Origin: Phoronis australis
Lineage: Eukaryota; Animalia; Phoronida
DNA: 64,000 bases
NCBI GenBank assembly: GCA_002633005.1
Contig: NMRA01000607.1
Span: forward strand, 62,001 to 126,000
Reading direction: 5' to 3'
The translations under genes were made by a program, and so were the position numbers. The first letter of the stretch is position 1. Every line of letters begins with the position of its first letter. Of the stretch, positions 28,256 to 41,001 are shown piece by piece. The notes under the pieces were generated by a model. It ran no database searches. It was not told where the DNA came from and saw only the letters and a program-made list of their open reading frames with translations.

Positions 28256-28660
28256 GGCCCTTTCATATTGAGTTAACTCCGGTCTGAGGGGAGCGTCGAC
28301 ATAAACAGCGCAGTTAACTTGACCGTTCATACTGGCTTCGGTAGTTAATGAACATCAAAGTAAGCGGTTGTGTGCCGCTGTCGTCATCGAAGTTATCGCA
28401 AGGTAGCGTTGCACGCTAAGATTTTTTTCAATGTTTTAATTTGGAAATATTTACATGTGCTAAGTGACATTAAACTTATTTTTAAAACGATTGGTTATTA
28501 TTAGAGCAAAATATAAGCAGCTATTAGTGATGGCACTACCTTGTAACTGTTAACGATAACAATGGCACCTGGCGCTAACTTCGATTGGACCGTAGTTGAG
28601 CGTTCATACTGACCGCAACTCCGCAAACCATCGATGCGTCGACGTTAGTATGAAAGGTCC
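28256..28660. mobile_element. PIF/Harbinger-type MITE
   Basis: TIRs GGCCCTTTCATA / TATGAAAGGTCC, with TAA on both sides (28253-28255, 28661-28663). Confidence 0.75.
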
Positions 28661-29910
28661 TAATAGGAACTGAGTACTTCATGAGTTGTAGGATTTTATT
28701 GGACGTATTGGCAAATACACATTTCGAATGTCGTCTTTACCCGTTTTCGTTTATTCTCCTGTATACCTATGACAGGGTAATTCGTGTCTTGTTTAGCATT
28801 CGACAAACAAGCGGAATTTTATTTTGTCAAATTTCTCCTAAAAAGAGGTTAAGGATATTTTAGTCTCTATTACTAGCATGCTTACTTCTCTGTAGATGTC
28901 ATAAACAACTTTGGTAAGTTTTCCAATATTTTCAGTAACGTAATCAGTCTTTGAAAAATGGGAAAAGGACATTTTTGGCAATAACTTGTGGCTGAAATAG
29001 GCGGAGAATGACCGCATTGGCGACAACATATGCGCAGTAGCGTACAGAGGTCTGGTGATGCCCAGGGTAATTTTTTATTGGTTTCCCCTCTCTCTATGAA
29101 ATGCATGAAACTCAGTACCGTGCTAAGAAAAGTAAAAAAGCCGAAACGTGAAATGGAAACTTTGTTCAATTTATCTACATATCAGTCACAATTTCAGAAA
29201 GTTTATTCATAATGATTGGATGCCCCCCCTCAATGTGAATGACCTGGTCCGTCGCTCCATGCCCCCCTGTGCCACTGCTCACGTGCCAACTGTCATGATG
29301 ATCTCATCGAATTCTATTTGACACTCGCTGGATTTGGTGACATCCACTCTCGAAATTACTGTTCTAAATCTTCAGCAGATCATTATCAAACGACACTTCA
29401 AAACATATTCATACCTTACTACAGACGTGTGCGAATGCATATTTTACGTATTAACTGCCATATTTCATCAACAGACTCTTGACAATTCACATCGGGTACA
29501 GTTTCAGTGTTGCTTTGTGTAATTTAGAATAAATCGTTTCTTTCTGTCACGGCTTATTATCTTTGCTCATGACGGGTTGGTAAAATTACTCTTCACGAAT
29601 TCAAGCTATATGTAGGGCCTACAGGTCGCACACGGTAAAAAGAATATCAGATGACATAACTAAGACATGTAGTGAGACCACGCCCATGGCTCACTATTCA
29701 ACACAGCTGCATTGTTAGGCTACCACTGTGACAATTCAAAGCTCATCTTGACCCCGTTCTTTACATCAGAGCCTAAGACAACGTTGCCACCAGAAATACT
29801 ATGAAACTATGATATCTTAGCATGCCGGCGTCCCTAAAACTTTTAGGCGACTTTGAGACTGCATTGGTTTTAAACTTTCTTGTAGCATGTGCGTGGCTGA
29901 TGTCTTAGCA

Positions 29911-30050
29911 ACATTAACCTAACAACATTAACCTGGCGACATTAACCTGGCGACATTAACCTGGCGACATTAACCTGGCGACATCAACCTGGCGACATTA
30001 ACCTGGCGACATTAACCTGGCGACATTAACCTGGCGACATTAACCTGGCG
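29911..30050. repeat. 14-bp minisatellite, about 10 copies
   Basis: ACATTAACCTGGCG head to tail. Confidence 0.95.
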
Positions 30051-31169
30051 TTCTCCTGCTTAACTAAAAGTGAGTTCGTGAAATTTGTAATGAAGTCAAA
30101 AGCACGTTTCATTAGCCCCCCACTTTTATCTTTACACGTACCTCAGTACGGTAGTATCCGGCCAAGTTGTGAACATCAGGCACAGATGCCAGACTGGAGC
30201 CAAAATATCCATCCGCTAATCCGCCCCTGAAATAGCAAACTGTCTTCACGCTGGGGCGCGAAAAGTGCGAAGACACAAATAATTAACATTTAAATAATTC
30301 TTGATGTATTCAGGTACTCGAAACATTCGCCACGTGATTGCAAATTTAACTTGCACACCCCGTGAAATCGTGCAAACCTCTAAACAACACCTACCTTTGT
30401 CACACATAAAAGAAACCAACTATGCACGAAGGTTGTAATTCTGGGAAAAATCGATCAAATATTAAACAACCAGTACATTTTATAATAGTGGTATAATTGA
30501 ATTTTGTTTACTGCCTCAAGAACTGGGTCACAGGTGAAATTTACGGTATGCAGTATCTTATTACAGTTATTTACGCTGGGACTAGATCCATCGTGACGTC
30601 TTCGGACTGTTGTGGGAGGATCACCAGTAGCGGATTAAGGCTTCAAGAGTCCCCAGCGATAGTTGTCTAGCGACTCCGGAAAGATGAGTTGCCCCCCGTC
30701 GTCACAATTTCACTAAGCCGCCACAATTTTCAAGCTGCTATCAATGCTAGGTTAACCATGGGTTAAATAAATTAACCACTGCGTACTGGGAGTGTGTGTG
30801 TNGCTTTGAAAGGCTATAACTGCCAGTTTGTAGCTGTTCAATTACGTGACATCCTGGTAGTTATAGCCTTTTGCGTAGCTTGTATTTGTTCGTTCCAGTG
30901 ACTTCCATTTCCCATGTCGTTGTATACAAACCTAATGATTCCTCTTTTGGATAACTGTATCATGTTATTGTAACTCTTATATTTACAAATAATAACTACC
31001 ACGTGAATTACGATACGCTCAATCACTCTCAGGTGCTGAATGATAACTTTACTATTTCTAAAAAAAGAACCCAGATTCTAATGGATGTCTGATTCTTAAT
31101 TTCAATTTTTAAAGTGACAGCGGGGAAAATGTCGAAAATTTGAGATCAACTACAGCGTTGTTTGGAACC

Positions 31170-31476
31170 TCACCAACAGCCGTCCGACGCTATACTTGTA
31201 GACCTAGACGCTAAAGTAGCAAGTAGTCGGTGATTTTATGACGTACAAGGGAGATGGTCACTGGCCTCGATTTCACCGAGTTAGATCTCTTCCGAATGAC
31301 TGAAAATCAACGTTGGGGGATCGGCGATTTTTAATAAAACCATTAAAACACAACGGATTTTGGTGTTTTGCGCATGTAGTTCTGGTCTAAGCTAACAATT
31401 CCAATAACGTCCATTCCACCATCCATAGTCCCCAAAATGCGTTTTTTCGGCCATAAAACCGTCTGTGTCCCTTTAA
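31170..31476 (-). mobile_element. Terminal fragment of a TTAA-targeting (Kolobok-like) element
   Basis: Ends ...GTCCCT|TTAA. Its reverse complement (TTAAAGGGACACAGACGG...GGCCGAAAAAACGCATTTTGGGGA) resembles 40711 onward. Confidence 0.5.
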
Positions 31477-33489
31477 AGCCGCTACGTGTATAAAGCATGT
31501 TCCAGTGTCACTAGCGATTTTTCTTCAAATACACAATATATGCCCTTCCAAACTATCGTCGGCGTGTTTTATACGTATTTGACTTGAAATAAGTTGCAAT
31601 GAAGCACCCAGAATTCTTTTGGACACATTGATTTGAGAGCTCACTAACCCACCGTCACAAACAAACTTCGCCGTCCTGATGTGAAGCTAAAACGAACACC
31701 CAATTCTTTTAGAGCCTAGAAATCATTTTCAAACTTTGGTAAGAAAGAAGATGAGTAGAATTTTATAACATTAAATGACCAAAAAATACAGATTAAGGCA
31801 CGGGTTTATTACCCATTTAAAAATATTTACAATTTGATCTCAAGTACAAGCTGAGCACCACAAAAAGTTGTCTGCTGAGGAAAATGTCTAGAGACTTAGT
31901 TTTGAGGAGTAATTTGATCAAAATAAACAAATTTCTATGGTCTACAGCTGATATTTTGTTTACAAATTCTCAAAGTTTTATTAAAAACATGGATTAATTG
32001 AAAATTGTAATTATCAAGTACGAACAACACAATGGCTACCAAAGCCTGATCATGCTCAAAATAATAGGATTACAGTCTCCAATAATTTCGTGTAAATCGG
32101 ATGAAAATGAAACTTGCACTCTCTATTTGCTAAGCAAAAAGCTAGAAATCAGTAAGAATTGAGAAACAAGTTAGTTGGCAAAACCGTTAACGCAAAGTGA
32201 AACATAGTCATTTTAATTTTTTAGCATGAATTTACATAAAGCGCACGTTTGAAGTCTTTTGGAAATTAGCCTAGCCCATGGATTTAATCAATCGCTAGAC
32301 TCTAAAATTCGCATCTAATGAGGTAATCGAACTTAAACTGAGGGCGTACAACTAGATTAATGGTCACTAGCTGCGGACGTATACGTACATGTACACGTTC
32401 GAGATAATAATAGACAACAAAATCCAGGATGGGACTACGTAGTCACAAGAAGCTCGCTAAAGAAGCTATAGTGATCAAGTGAAATATCTCGCAGCCTCAC
32501 GTTTTCTCAGGATTCTCATTCGTCAATGCAACGCAGGCCAGGGCTTGGGTATACCTGCACTACTGCCGTTCACCGACCCAAGCGAGAGGCAAATAACCTA
32601 ATCACTGCAATTCTTTTGATCTGCCGACCCACATAATTCGCATACCTGTGCCAAAGCACTCAAATAGGGTGCAATGCAAATTCCATAGTGGTGTTATTTG
32701 AAAGATGTCACTTGATGATAGACTATGCAGTCACGAAGTAATTAATATTATAATTTCTGTTTGATCAACTGCGTTTGCTGCATTCTTTCGTGTACTAAAT
32801 GGTGTGTCTGGAAGAAAGTATATCATCTCATATCGATATTCAGTAAGCCTCTATCTTTTAAGTCTTTTGTATTGTCGTGTGTACAGTAAACAGATGTTCC
32901 ACTGGATTTTTAGCTAAAACGCAGCGTGCGACTTGTCGTCAACAGAGCGTAAGACAAGCGATCTCAGACCATTGCCCCACACTTCGTTTAGTCTAACAGT
33001 CGTATACAATAGAACAGGCTTTACGAGCACAAACATGGTAGTCCACCACCTGGTTGTCGAGTACATCCGGGCCTTCCATAGTAGAATGAGGATGTAGAAA
33101 GTCTACTCGATGACGTCTATTACCTTGAAACACCTGTCGTCGCGCTTCAGGCTTGGTGTAATGCACATGCATGCCTGACCAGTGGCTGTTGACAGGAACG
33201 GGAAGTTTGTAGACCAGGTAGCATTGCAAAGTTTGATCTTAGTACATTCCTACTGAAGCAACCGTCCTCCAACTCTATGTAAACACAAATCTTACTTTAT
33301 AACTATAAACCCAGCTGCCTTCACCAAAATACTAACTTTCGATTTAAACCACTTGGGGTATGTTCCGTAGTTGTATGGCTTCTCGTTTAGTATTTTGTGT
33401 TTTTGAATAAACCTGGCAGACGGCGCTCAACAACAAAACAGGGTATAAGCTTGGTATCAGCTAGTTCTCAACGTACGTAGACTGACGTG

Positions 33490-33820
33490 GGGCCCGTTCC
33501 AAGAAAACTAAACAGAGCTAAGACAAATCTTAAATTTCAACCAATTTAAAGATAGAACTCAAATTGGTGCTATTCAAGAAAGAGGAATTAAATTTGAGTT
33601 AAGTTTAACAGTTTTGTCTTATTTCTGACTCATTTACCGGATGTGGAAGTTTCAAATTTAAGTTTGGAAGTTGAGCCAAATCTTATAGACGTAAGTAAAA
33701 ATGAACTCAAGCCAGTTTCTTGGAACGGGTCGGTGGTCTCTCAGTGTTGGCCTGGAACGGGCGCGTGGTCTCTGTTGGCCTGTAACGGTCCCGTGGTCTC
33801 TGTTGGCCTGGAACGGGCCC
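33490..33820. mobile_element. MITE family B, copy 3, with tandemly amplified right end
   Basis: GTG|GGGCCCGTTCCAAGAAA ... TTTCTTGGAACGGG, then three further ~28-bp units (GTGGTCTCTGTTGGCCTGGAACGGGCCC) ending in GTG. Confidence 0.8.
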
Positions 33821-36800
33821 GTGTAAGATAACTTGTACAGTTGTGTCGATATGCACTGAACACGGCTCGAGCAATAACAAGCGGCTGTGGCCTAGTGTTA
33901 TTAGAAGTGACTTTGGGTTTAATTATGAAGTTTCTCCGTTTTACGGACGTCTTACGCACCCACTTCGCAATGACTGAAAACAGTTTTTGCAGTGAAATTG
34001 TTGACACATCAATATTCCTCACACAATCTATCCAAATAATTACGAAATTTCGATTAACTCTTGGAGACTTTGGAAATTTTCTGAACTGGAACGGAAAAGT
34101 TGAATTGCGTCTCATAATTAATTAATTCAATACCGTCATGCAACAGTTAAACCTCACCGAACATGTAGTCATTTCATTGGATGCCATTTGCTACGTTACG
34201 CTAGAACGGTCTCACTTGAAGACATGTCTCTACTAATTACCTGGTAAACACAACTACAGACCTAAAATGTTCAGGGATAACTGTATTACTCACTGCCATA
34301 AATTACGTGTCTAAATACCTAGTAAACCAACTAAAGCAAGTGATATTTATTATTGCTAGCTGTCAGCTAGCACACATCTACTGCTCCTTTGCAGTGATAA
34401 TCACGTAATTTTTAAACAGACAGATTTGCAACTAGAGAAACACTCGTCGCCTAGTACTTTAAAACACACTTTTTGTCAGCCTGGGCTTATATTTGGGGTA
34501 GCAGAAAGCTGATTCATGTCATTTTCGAACGACAGGCACGACGTAGCACTTACTATCGGGAAATCTCGGTACGCGGCCTGGTCAAAAGTTGTAACGTCAA
34601 AGTAACGAATTTATCAAGTTATAAAATCATTTTTGTAATGAGGGTTTATTGAACTTGAGGCATTGCTGGGTTCTCAGCTATATCCGGGGATTTGGGACCG
34701 ACGGAATCTATTGTTCAGGTGGTTTGAACTATACTCACGTGCATCCTATCAATATTTTTTGTTGTTGCACTTGAAATTCTGTCAGAAACAAATGAAGAAA
34801 CAAAGCGTATCCACGGCTGAGAAACACAATTGCGACTTTTAACACATACGAGATGCAGTAGTTACTTGGAGGCAATGGATGACTGGTAGGGTAACATAAT
34901 AGGTGGTGAGTAGGGGAACGGGTGGGACAAAGTTGGAGCCAATTGGGAAGGGGAAAATCGAAAGCCATTAAATTAATAAAGACAATAACTGGCTGCGCCA
35001 CTGATTGACTCCGCCAGTTCTGCAAAGTCAAGCGGCAAAGACATCTGATTGGTTCTTGATGACGACTTCCAGATTCTAAATCTTCGTAGCCGGTTAACAA
35101 ATTTGCATATCAACGCGTTAGTCTCCTACACAGACCCACGAGATTGGTTGGGGTCTGCTACAGCGCACTTTTCCATGTGCATTCTTGGAATATCATTGGC
35201 TGTTCCGATTTCAAGAAACAAGGCATTCTATTGGTCAGTTGAATAATAGGTCAAACTAGTTCACCAACATGGCGACTTCCAGTAAGGGAAGAGTGTCGAT
35301 GGATTTTATCTGTTCAAATCTCTCTGTTCTCGTCAAACTACCGCATTTCAAAGCTAACGAGTCAAGGAATACATCAGCAGTAACGTATANAGCCGGTTAA
35401 CAAATTTGCATATCAACGCGTAGGAGCCATTTTTATCATAGGCCATCATAGCTTTAAGACCGCTGGACTTTCACTGCCACACAGTTTATTGAGCTGGTCT
35501 GATTTGTGAAGATATCGTTGTCGCCAAGTGCGAAAACCAACTACGGGTCGGATTTAGTTGCAACAAAATGTATCTAAAAACGAACGTTGCACACGACCAC
35601 TGCAGCTATGACTACTAAACGGGCTTCTGAGGCCAATCGGGCACGCAGTCGTAGCGACGACTCGGAGATAACGAGGAGATGGCGAGGATGCTGCAATTTA
35701 GAGTAGAATGCATAGCAACTTAGTAAATTTTACCGTAGACCATTTGCCACTAACTGTCAATTTTATAATCTACCGTAATGGATTAGTCAGCTACCGTCAA
35801 AGGTCCTCTCGAAACTGACAACAAAATCATGTCGCAAACCTGCTCAAGACAAATGCCGAATTTCGGAAGTGCGTAAAATCAAAACATGGGTGGTTAGAAG
35901 TACGGCAAGATTTCAAAATTTGTAGATTTGTTTTGATAATAGTTCAAACAACGCGTTGGATAATGGTCATTGATCTTGAGTCAACAATTCAACCGCTGTC
36001 ACCACGTCTCTCCAGTACACGGGTTATTCCGCCCTCGGTTATTAGCGCAGCTGACCAGCTGTTTTCAAGTAAACATACAGTTGACATTGTGATATTCAAT
36101 AATCGAGTCTTTGCAGAGCATTTTTAGCTCACGTTGGCGTATGTACACGTGCATTCAAAGTGCAATCATCTCATGAGAAATAGAAGGACTATTTTGCTGA
36201 TTTGATTGCCGCGGAGTAAATTCACAACGTTTCTCCGTCTGCAAGTGTGTCTATCGACTGTGACGAAATAACAACGGGACACTTGAATGATGACCGATAT
36301 CTAATAGTAATGTGGACAATACTGCTCGCTTATATTTTTGGCCAGAGAAATAGGGAGGGAGGGACGGAGGGAGGGCGGGACCGAGGGAGGGAGGGACATG
36401 TGTATTGAACGCCAGAGCGTCATAGGCTGCAGTACTCTGGTTTGGAATCTTAAGTGAATAAACAAGGGACAACACACGAATAAAAATTTCACACGATTAC
36501 TTCTGTGAAAATCATTGGAGGAACTCACAGCATTTGTAAAATTTTTAATCTGACTTGAAAATACCTTTGACGTCAGGCAATTTTGACATAGGAACGGCAC
36601 TGCGTTGAAAGCAGCTTCCATATCTACATTTACACGTTTGTATTTATAGGCCAGAATATACTGCACGACAATAATTTTTTTTTTACGTCAGGCAACTTAC
36701 GGCTTCGGAAAATGGCCGAGTCAGTTCACGATTGGTCACGGCCAGCCCCGCAAGAATATCGTGGACTTGTGGTCAATAAGTGGTATACATTAGTATGCAT

Positions 36801-37300
36801 CTTCAGATTCCTCATCACTCATTCGTTTTCAATTTAATTCGACTGTGAAACAAAATAATTTTGAACAACGCATTCTAAGGAACATGACTGTAATATCACA
36901 ACAGAGCTTGATGTAATGTCTTCAAAAGGTCATTCGGTGCATAGAGTGACAGAATAACACCGTGGTTAATCAACACAATACAGACAGTGAAATTAAAGAT
37001 TGCAATCAACTGCAAAAGTTATGTATTAACACTGTTTTATCGCTAATGAGGGCGGACAAAGATGTCATTGCGTACGAACAACACACGCAATCAGAAATGG
37101 ACATAACACTGTAATCGGTGCTTGCGAGAGCACATGTACATGACAACCGCGTCATCGAATGACGTAAGTGGCGGGGGTGGGGGATGGACAGTCAACAAGG
37201 TGTCAAGGCCGTCTCGCTCACCTAGAACTATCAAACAACTTCTCGCGATGACCAGTGACATTTCGAGAATCCGCTCATAACACGGGTAGCAGATCAAAGG

Positions 37301-37447
37301 CAGGGGTGGATCCAGGATTTTTCAAAACGGGGGTCGGGTCAAGGATTTAAACAAAACACGAGGGTCCACGTTAAAAATGAAAATTCTAGATTTGATGTCA
37401 CTAAGATCAAGGGGTTAAAAGGGGATCCAGACCCCCTTGGACCCTCC
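37301..37447 (+). mobile_element. GGCGGATCC-ended MITE-like repeat (related copy at ~38592-38727)
   Basis: Shared core GGGTC-G-TCAAGGATTT...TCTAGATTTGAT-TC..TAA-ATCAAGGG...GACCCCCTTG. Similar termini at 11606, 42030-42275 and 62160. Confidence 0.6.
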
Positions 37448-40400
37448 AATGGAAGGACCAAACCTGCGGTTTTCAAAGCCAAAACCAGTCGCTTTTCATA
37501 AGTTTAGTGGTGCTTAATATTACAAGAAAGCGTCATGTTTTTATCGGAAGATAATAACGCGAGTGGTCAATTATCTGACCTCATCTTAGTGAAAAAGTGT
37601 GGGCTTACCGAGTAAATGCCTAGAAGGGCCTCTTCGGCAGGTGGAGTTCAATGTTAGGGGCTCCACCTGGTCTCGGGTTGGTACTTTCTCCGTCAGTTGC
37701 CGTTGGGGTGGTAAGGTTTTGGATGGGAGCAAGTAACTTGCATGCGTACCTGGGCACATTGTGAAACGTTGCTGCGGCGCAAGGGAGTTAAGATGAGTAT
37801 TTCACGAGGGCACATTCTGGTTGTGATTGGCTCCGGATGTATCACAACTTCCTGCTACGTGGGAGAGATACACACAACCTGGTGCAATCTTGTACCCTGA
37901 TGGTCGTGAGAAGACCCGCCGGGGATTTCGGTCTTCTCACATCCGGGGGCTCAATTCATACAAATCAGAAAACGACAACCAGCAAAATATCTTGAATCGA
38001 TCGATTCGCAAATGAAAAATTATAATTAAAAGTGAACTTGAAACCAAAGCTTTCCGTTCAGTACGTCTACGCAGTAATCAAAGACGACAAACATGACAGT
38101 CGACGAAAACATGAGAGGTCGTTTGGTATGTTATGTCTGGAAGTGTTATTGATGTAAGCTCTTTAAAATGAAAACGAAATTTGGATAAATATTTCATGAA
38201 TAAAGAATGATAAACACGAACATCTGTACCTAAAAAAGAGTGCGCGTGGCCTGATGCCTTTTGCGGCACACAAGCCTTTTTAGGCCACAAGGCCGGGCGC
38301 ATTACACTAAATCATCTGTACCTTGATCACCACCTAAACCATTCAACAATCACTGTTTATGCTATGACCTCGCATTCCTTCAACGAAACTAACTTGTGAT
38401 TTCCAACACTATCCCTAAAGTTAGTCTCACTTGTGGAAAGTAACTGAGTTCTGGGCATGCCGGAAAGTCCGACAATGCGTTTGTTATTCAGTCTGTCACC
38501 GTCCTCGATCATAGCTCTTAGAAATTTCCCCTGTAACAAGTCAATCGGTGAGCCTCATCTCACGCGGACCAGGTTTGTTAGTATTATCCTAGGGGAGGGG
38601 TCGGATCAAGGATTTTATTAAAAAAGGGTCCAAGTCAAAAAATGAAAAACTCTAGATTTGATATCGTTAAAATCAAGGGAAAAGGATCGGGGGTCCGGAC
38701 CCCCTTGACTCCTCACGGATCCGCCTATAATCAGTGCATCAGTACATCAAAAGTAAAGACCGCCGCTTTCAGAGGTGTGCACACGGAACGTAATAATCCC
38801 TCTCCCTGAAAATGCAAAATATTATATCTTCCAGCATCTTAACGAAGAAAAGTTCTAATGTTCGTCTGTGAAATGACGCGGCAAATAAAACAAACTATTT
38901 GAAAAACTATTTTCCTCGAAGTTGCGATTTGAAAAGCAATAAACAAAACGTTGAATGTTGAAAATTCGTCCCTCGAAATTGTGAAGTGGCCTGCCGGCCT
39001 CACGACAAACCTTGAGACCACGTAGTTGGTACTGCCTGTCTACTAGTGCGGCGGGCTGCCTTTTTATGATGGTCACCGAAAGTTGGGAGTGGTATTTAAG
39101 GGAGCACCCATTTTACAGGAATTTCTTGTGTTTTCAAATCTCTGTGCAAGTTTTTCTTAAGTTTTGTTCGCGGTAAACTCAAGTTTAAGGTTGAGCGGCA
39201 GCAGATGGTATGGCTCGGAGCATTCATCATTTGCCAAAGTGCATCTATTTATTTTCATTCAAAACATTGTCACAATAGGCGTGGGCCACAGTTTGAATCA
39301 ACACGTCAGGTCTTACACAGCGTACCTTTATGGTCTGTTGTCCCAATAATGAATGCCAATACATAATCCGGTATTTAGCAGCCTGGCACAATAACCGCAG
39401 TCAACCACACAAAGAACGCGACACGGTAATAGGAGGGCTATCGGACCAAGTAACGAGCACAGAATTATGACCAATCAGGGACAATAGACGCGCGTGCCGT
39501 TGTAGTCTGGGACAGTTGCGCGAAACCTGATTGGTCGGGATACCACCTGTTCCCGGCATAATCGTCTTGGGACAGCTGAAAGGTCTATATGTTCATGAAC
39601 AAAAGGCATAACATTGGACAACGTTTTCAAGCAGAACATCTGATTTGCAAGAAAGTTGTGACACATGTCGCGTGTCAGGAATCATAGTTAACTGCATTTA
39701 GTTGTGGAACAGAGTTCACCACAATTACACCGACATCGTGGTGAACCACGTCGGCGTAGTGGTCGACCAGGTAGGGAGTTCTGACTTCGTCGCTGACCAC
39801 GCCGACGTGATCAACCACGACGACGACGACAGGGGCGTACATTCGGGGAGGGTGTTGCCCCCCCAATAATTATCGATTTAGTTGAGCAAGGAAAGAAAAT
39901 TCGGGCAAAGAGGATCGTTTCAAATAAAAAATTCCAAATCTGAGTTTTGTAAAAAATGGTTTCAAATAAAATGCTAATCAGTTTGTGATAAATTTGCCTT
40001 AGTCTTCAACTGAGTGTTTTCTTATGTGTTCTTATCTTCAAAGTCCCTTCGCAGTCACAGGCACCATAAAGTAAAGCACTTGTTCGATACCGTGGCATAT
40101 CTACACATCCAACATTTTTGAGCAGAAAAAGTTTTAAAAGCTCGAGGTAATAATGTTGCAATAACATAGTCGTCAGAAATATACGTTTCAGAAATTACTT
40201 CCTTGTTGTAGTATTGTTGAAATGGCACAGTGTTTGTTAGAATGCCTTCAAACGGCAGTACATATTGCGAATGCTTTTGATCGACCTAGTCAATAACTAC
40301 CTTTAACCAACTGCTTTCGAAAAACGTCCTAATTAAACAAAAATAGGGTGGAAAAATAATCTGACAGAATTTCAACTTTATTTGGGTTTACCCTAAAGGG

Positions 40401-40710
40401 AAAGTTGCCTACTAAGGCCTTTTCTTTAAGACAATTTGACATGCATCACTTGTCCTGAAATGTATTTTGAACCTTTTTAGTATATTTTCATGAAAACGAT
40501 TTTAAAGACCCACGCACCGGTCAAAATGGACTCGCCAACTAACAATTAGTCACGTTAGCGGAGATGGTTCTTTCCGTTAAAGTAATGGGTTATCTCCCCT
40601 GGGTGAATAACAGTGGTATGTAACTAGGAACGTCAGATCTCGGAATTAAAAAAACAAAAACAAGAGGCTCCACCATACAGCATAAACTGAAACAATGACA
40701 CTGCAGGGCT

Positions 40711-41001
40711 TTAAAGGACCACATCCGGTTCATGGGCCAAAAACGCATGTTTGGGGAATATCATTGTGTAAAATAGGCTTCTTGAAAATATTGCCTATAA
40801 CTGATATAAATTATTAAACAGCAAGGTCCGTTGTTTTTATGTCTTTAATCGCTTATTCTTGAGGTTGTCCTCCAGCAATTCTGTAGTGTATGAGATCGTG
40901 ACCAGTATCAGTTAAAATACTCTTATTAAAATATTAGACTACTTGTGCCACAAGCTTTTTCATCTACTGTCTCGACTTCGAATCCGTCTATTGGATGTGA
41001 G
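40711..41001 (+). mobile_element. Terminal fragment of a TTAA-targeting (Kolobok-like) element
   Basis: TTAA|AGGACCACATCCGG...GGCCAAAAACGCATGTTTGGGGA...TCCGTTGTTTTT...GACTACTTG, colinear with the reverse complement of 31170-31476. Confidence 0.5.

Noticed and set aside
31170-41001. The two Kolobok-like ends as termini of one 9-kb element
   Set aside because: They face away from each other, so they do not enclose the intervening DNA.
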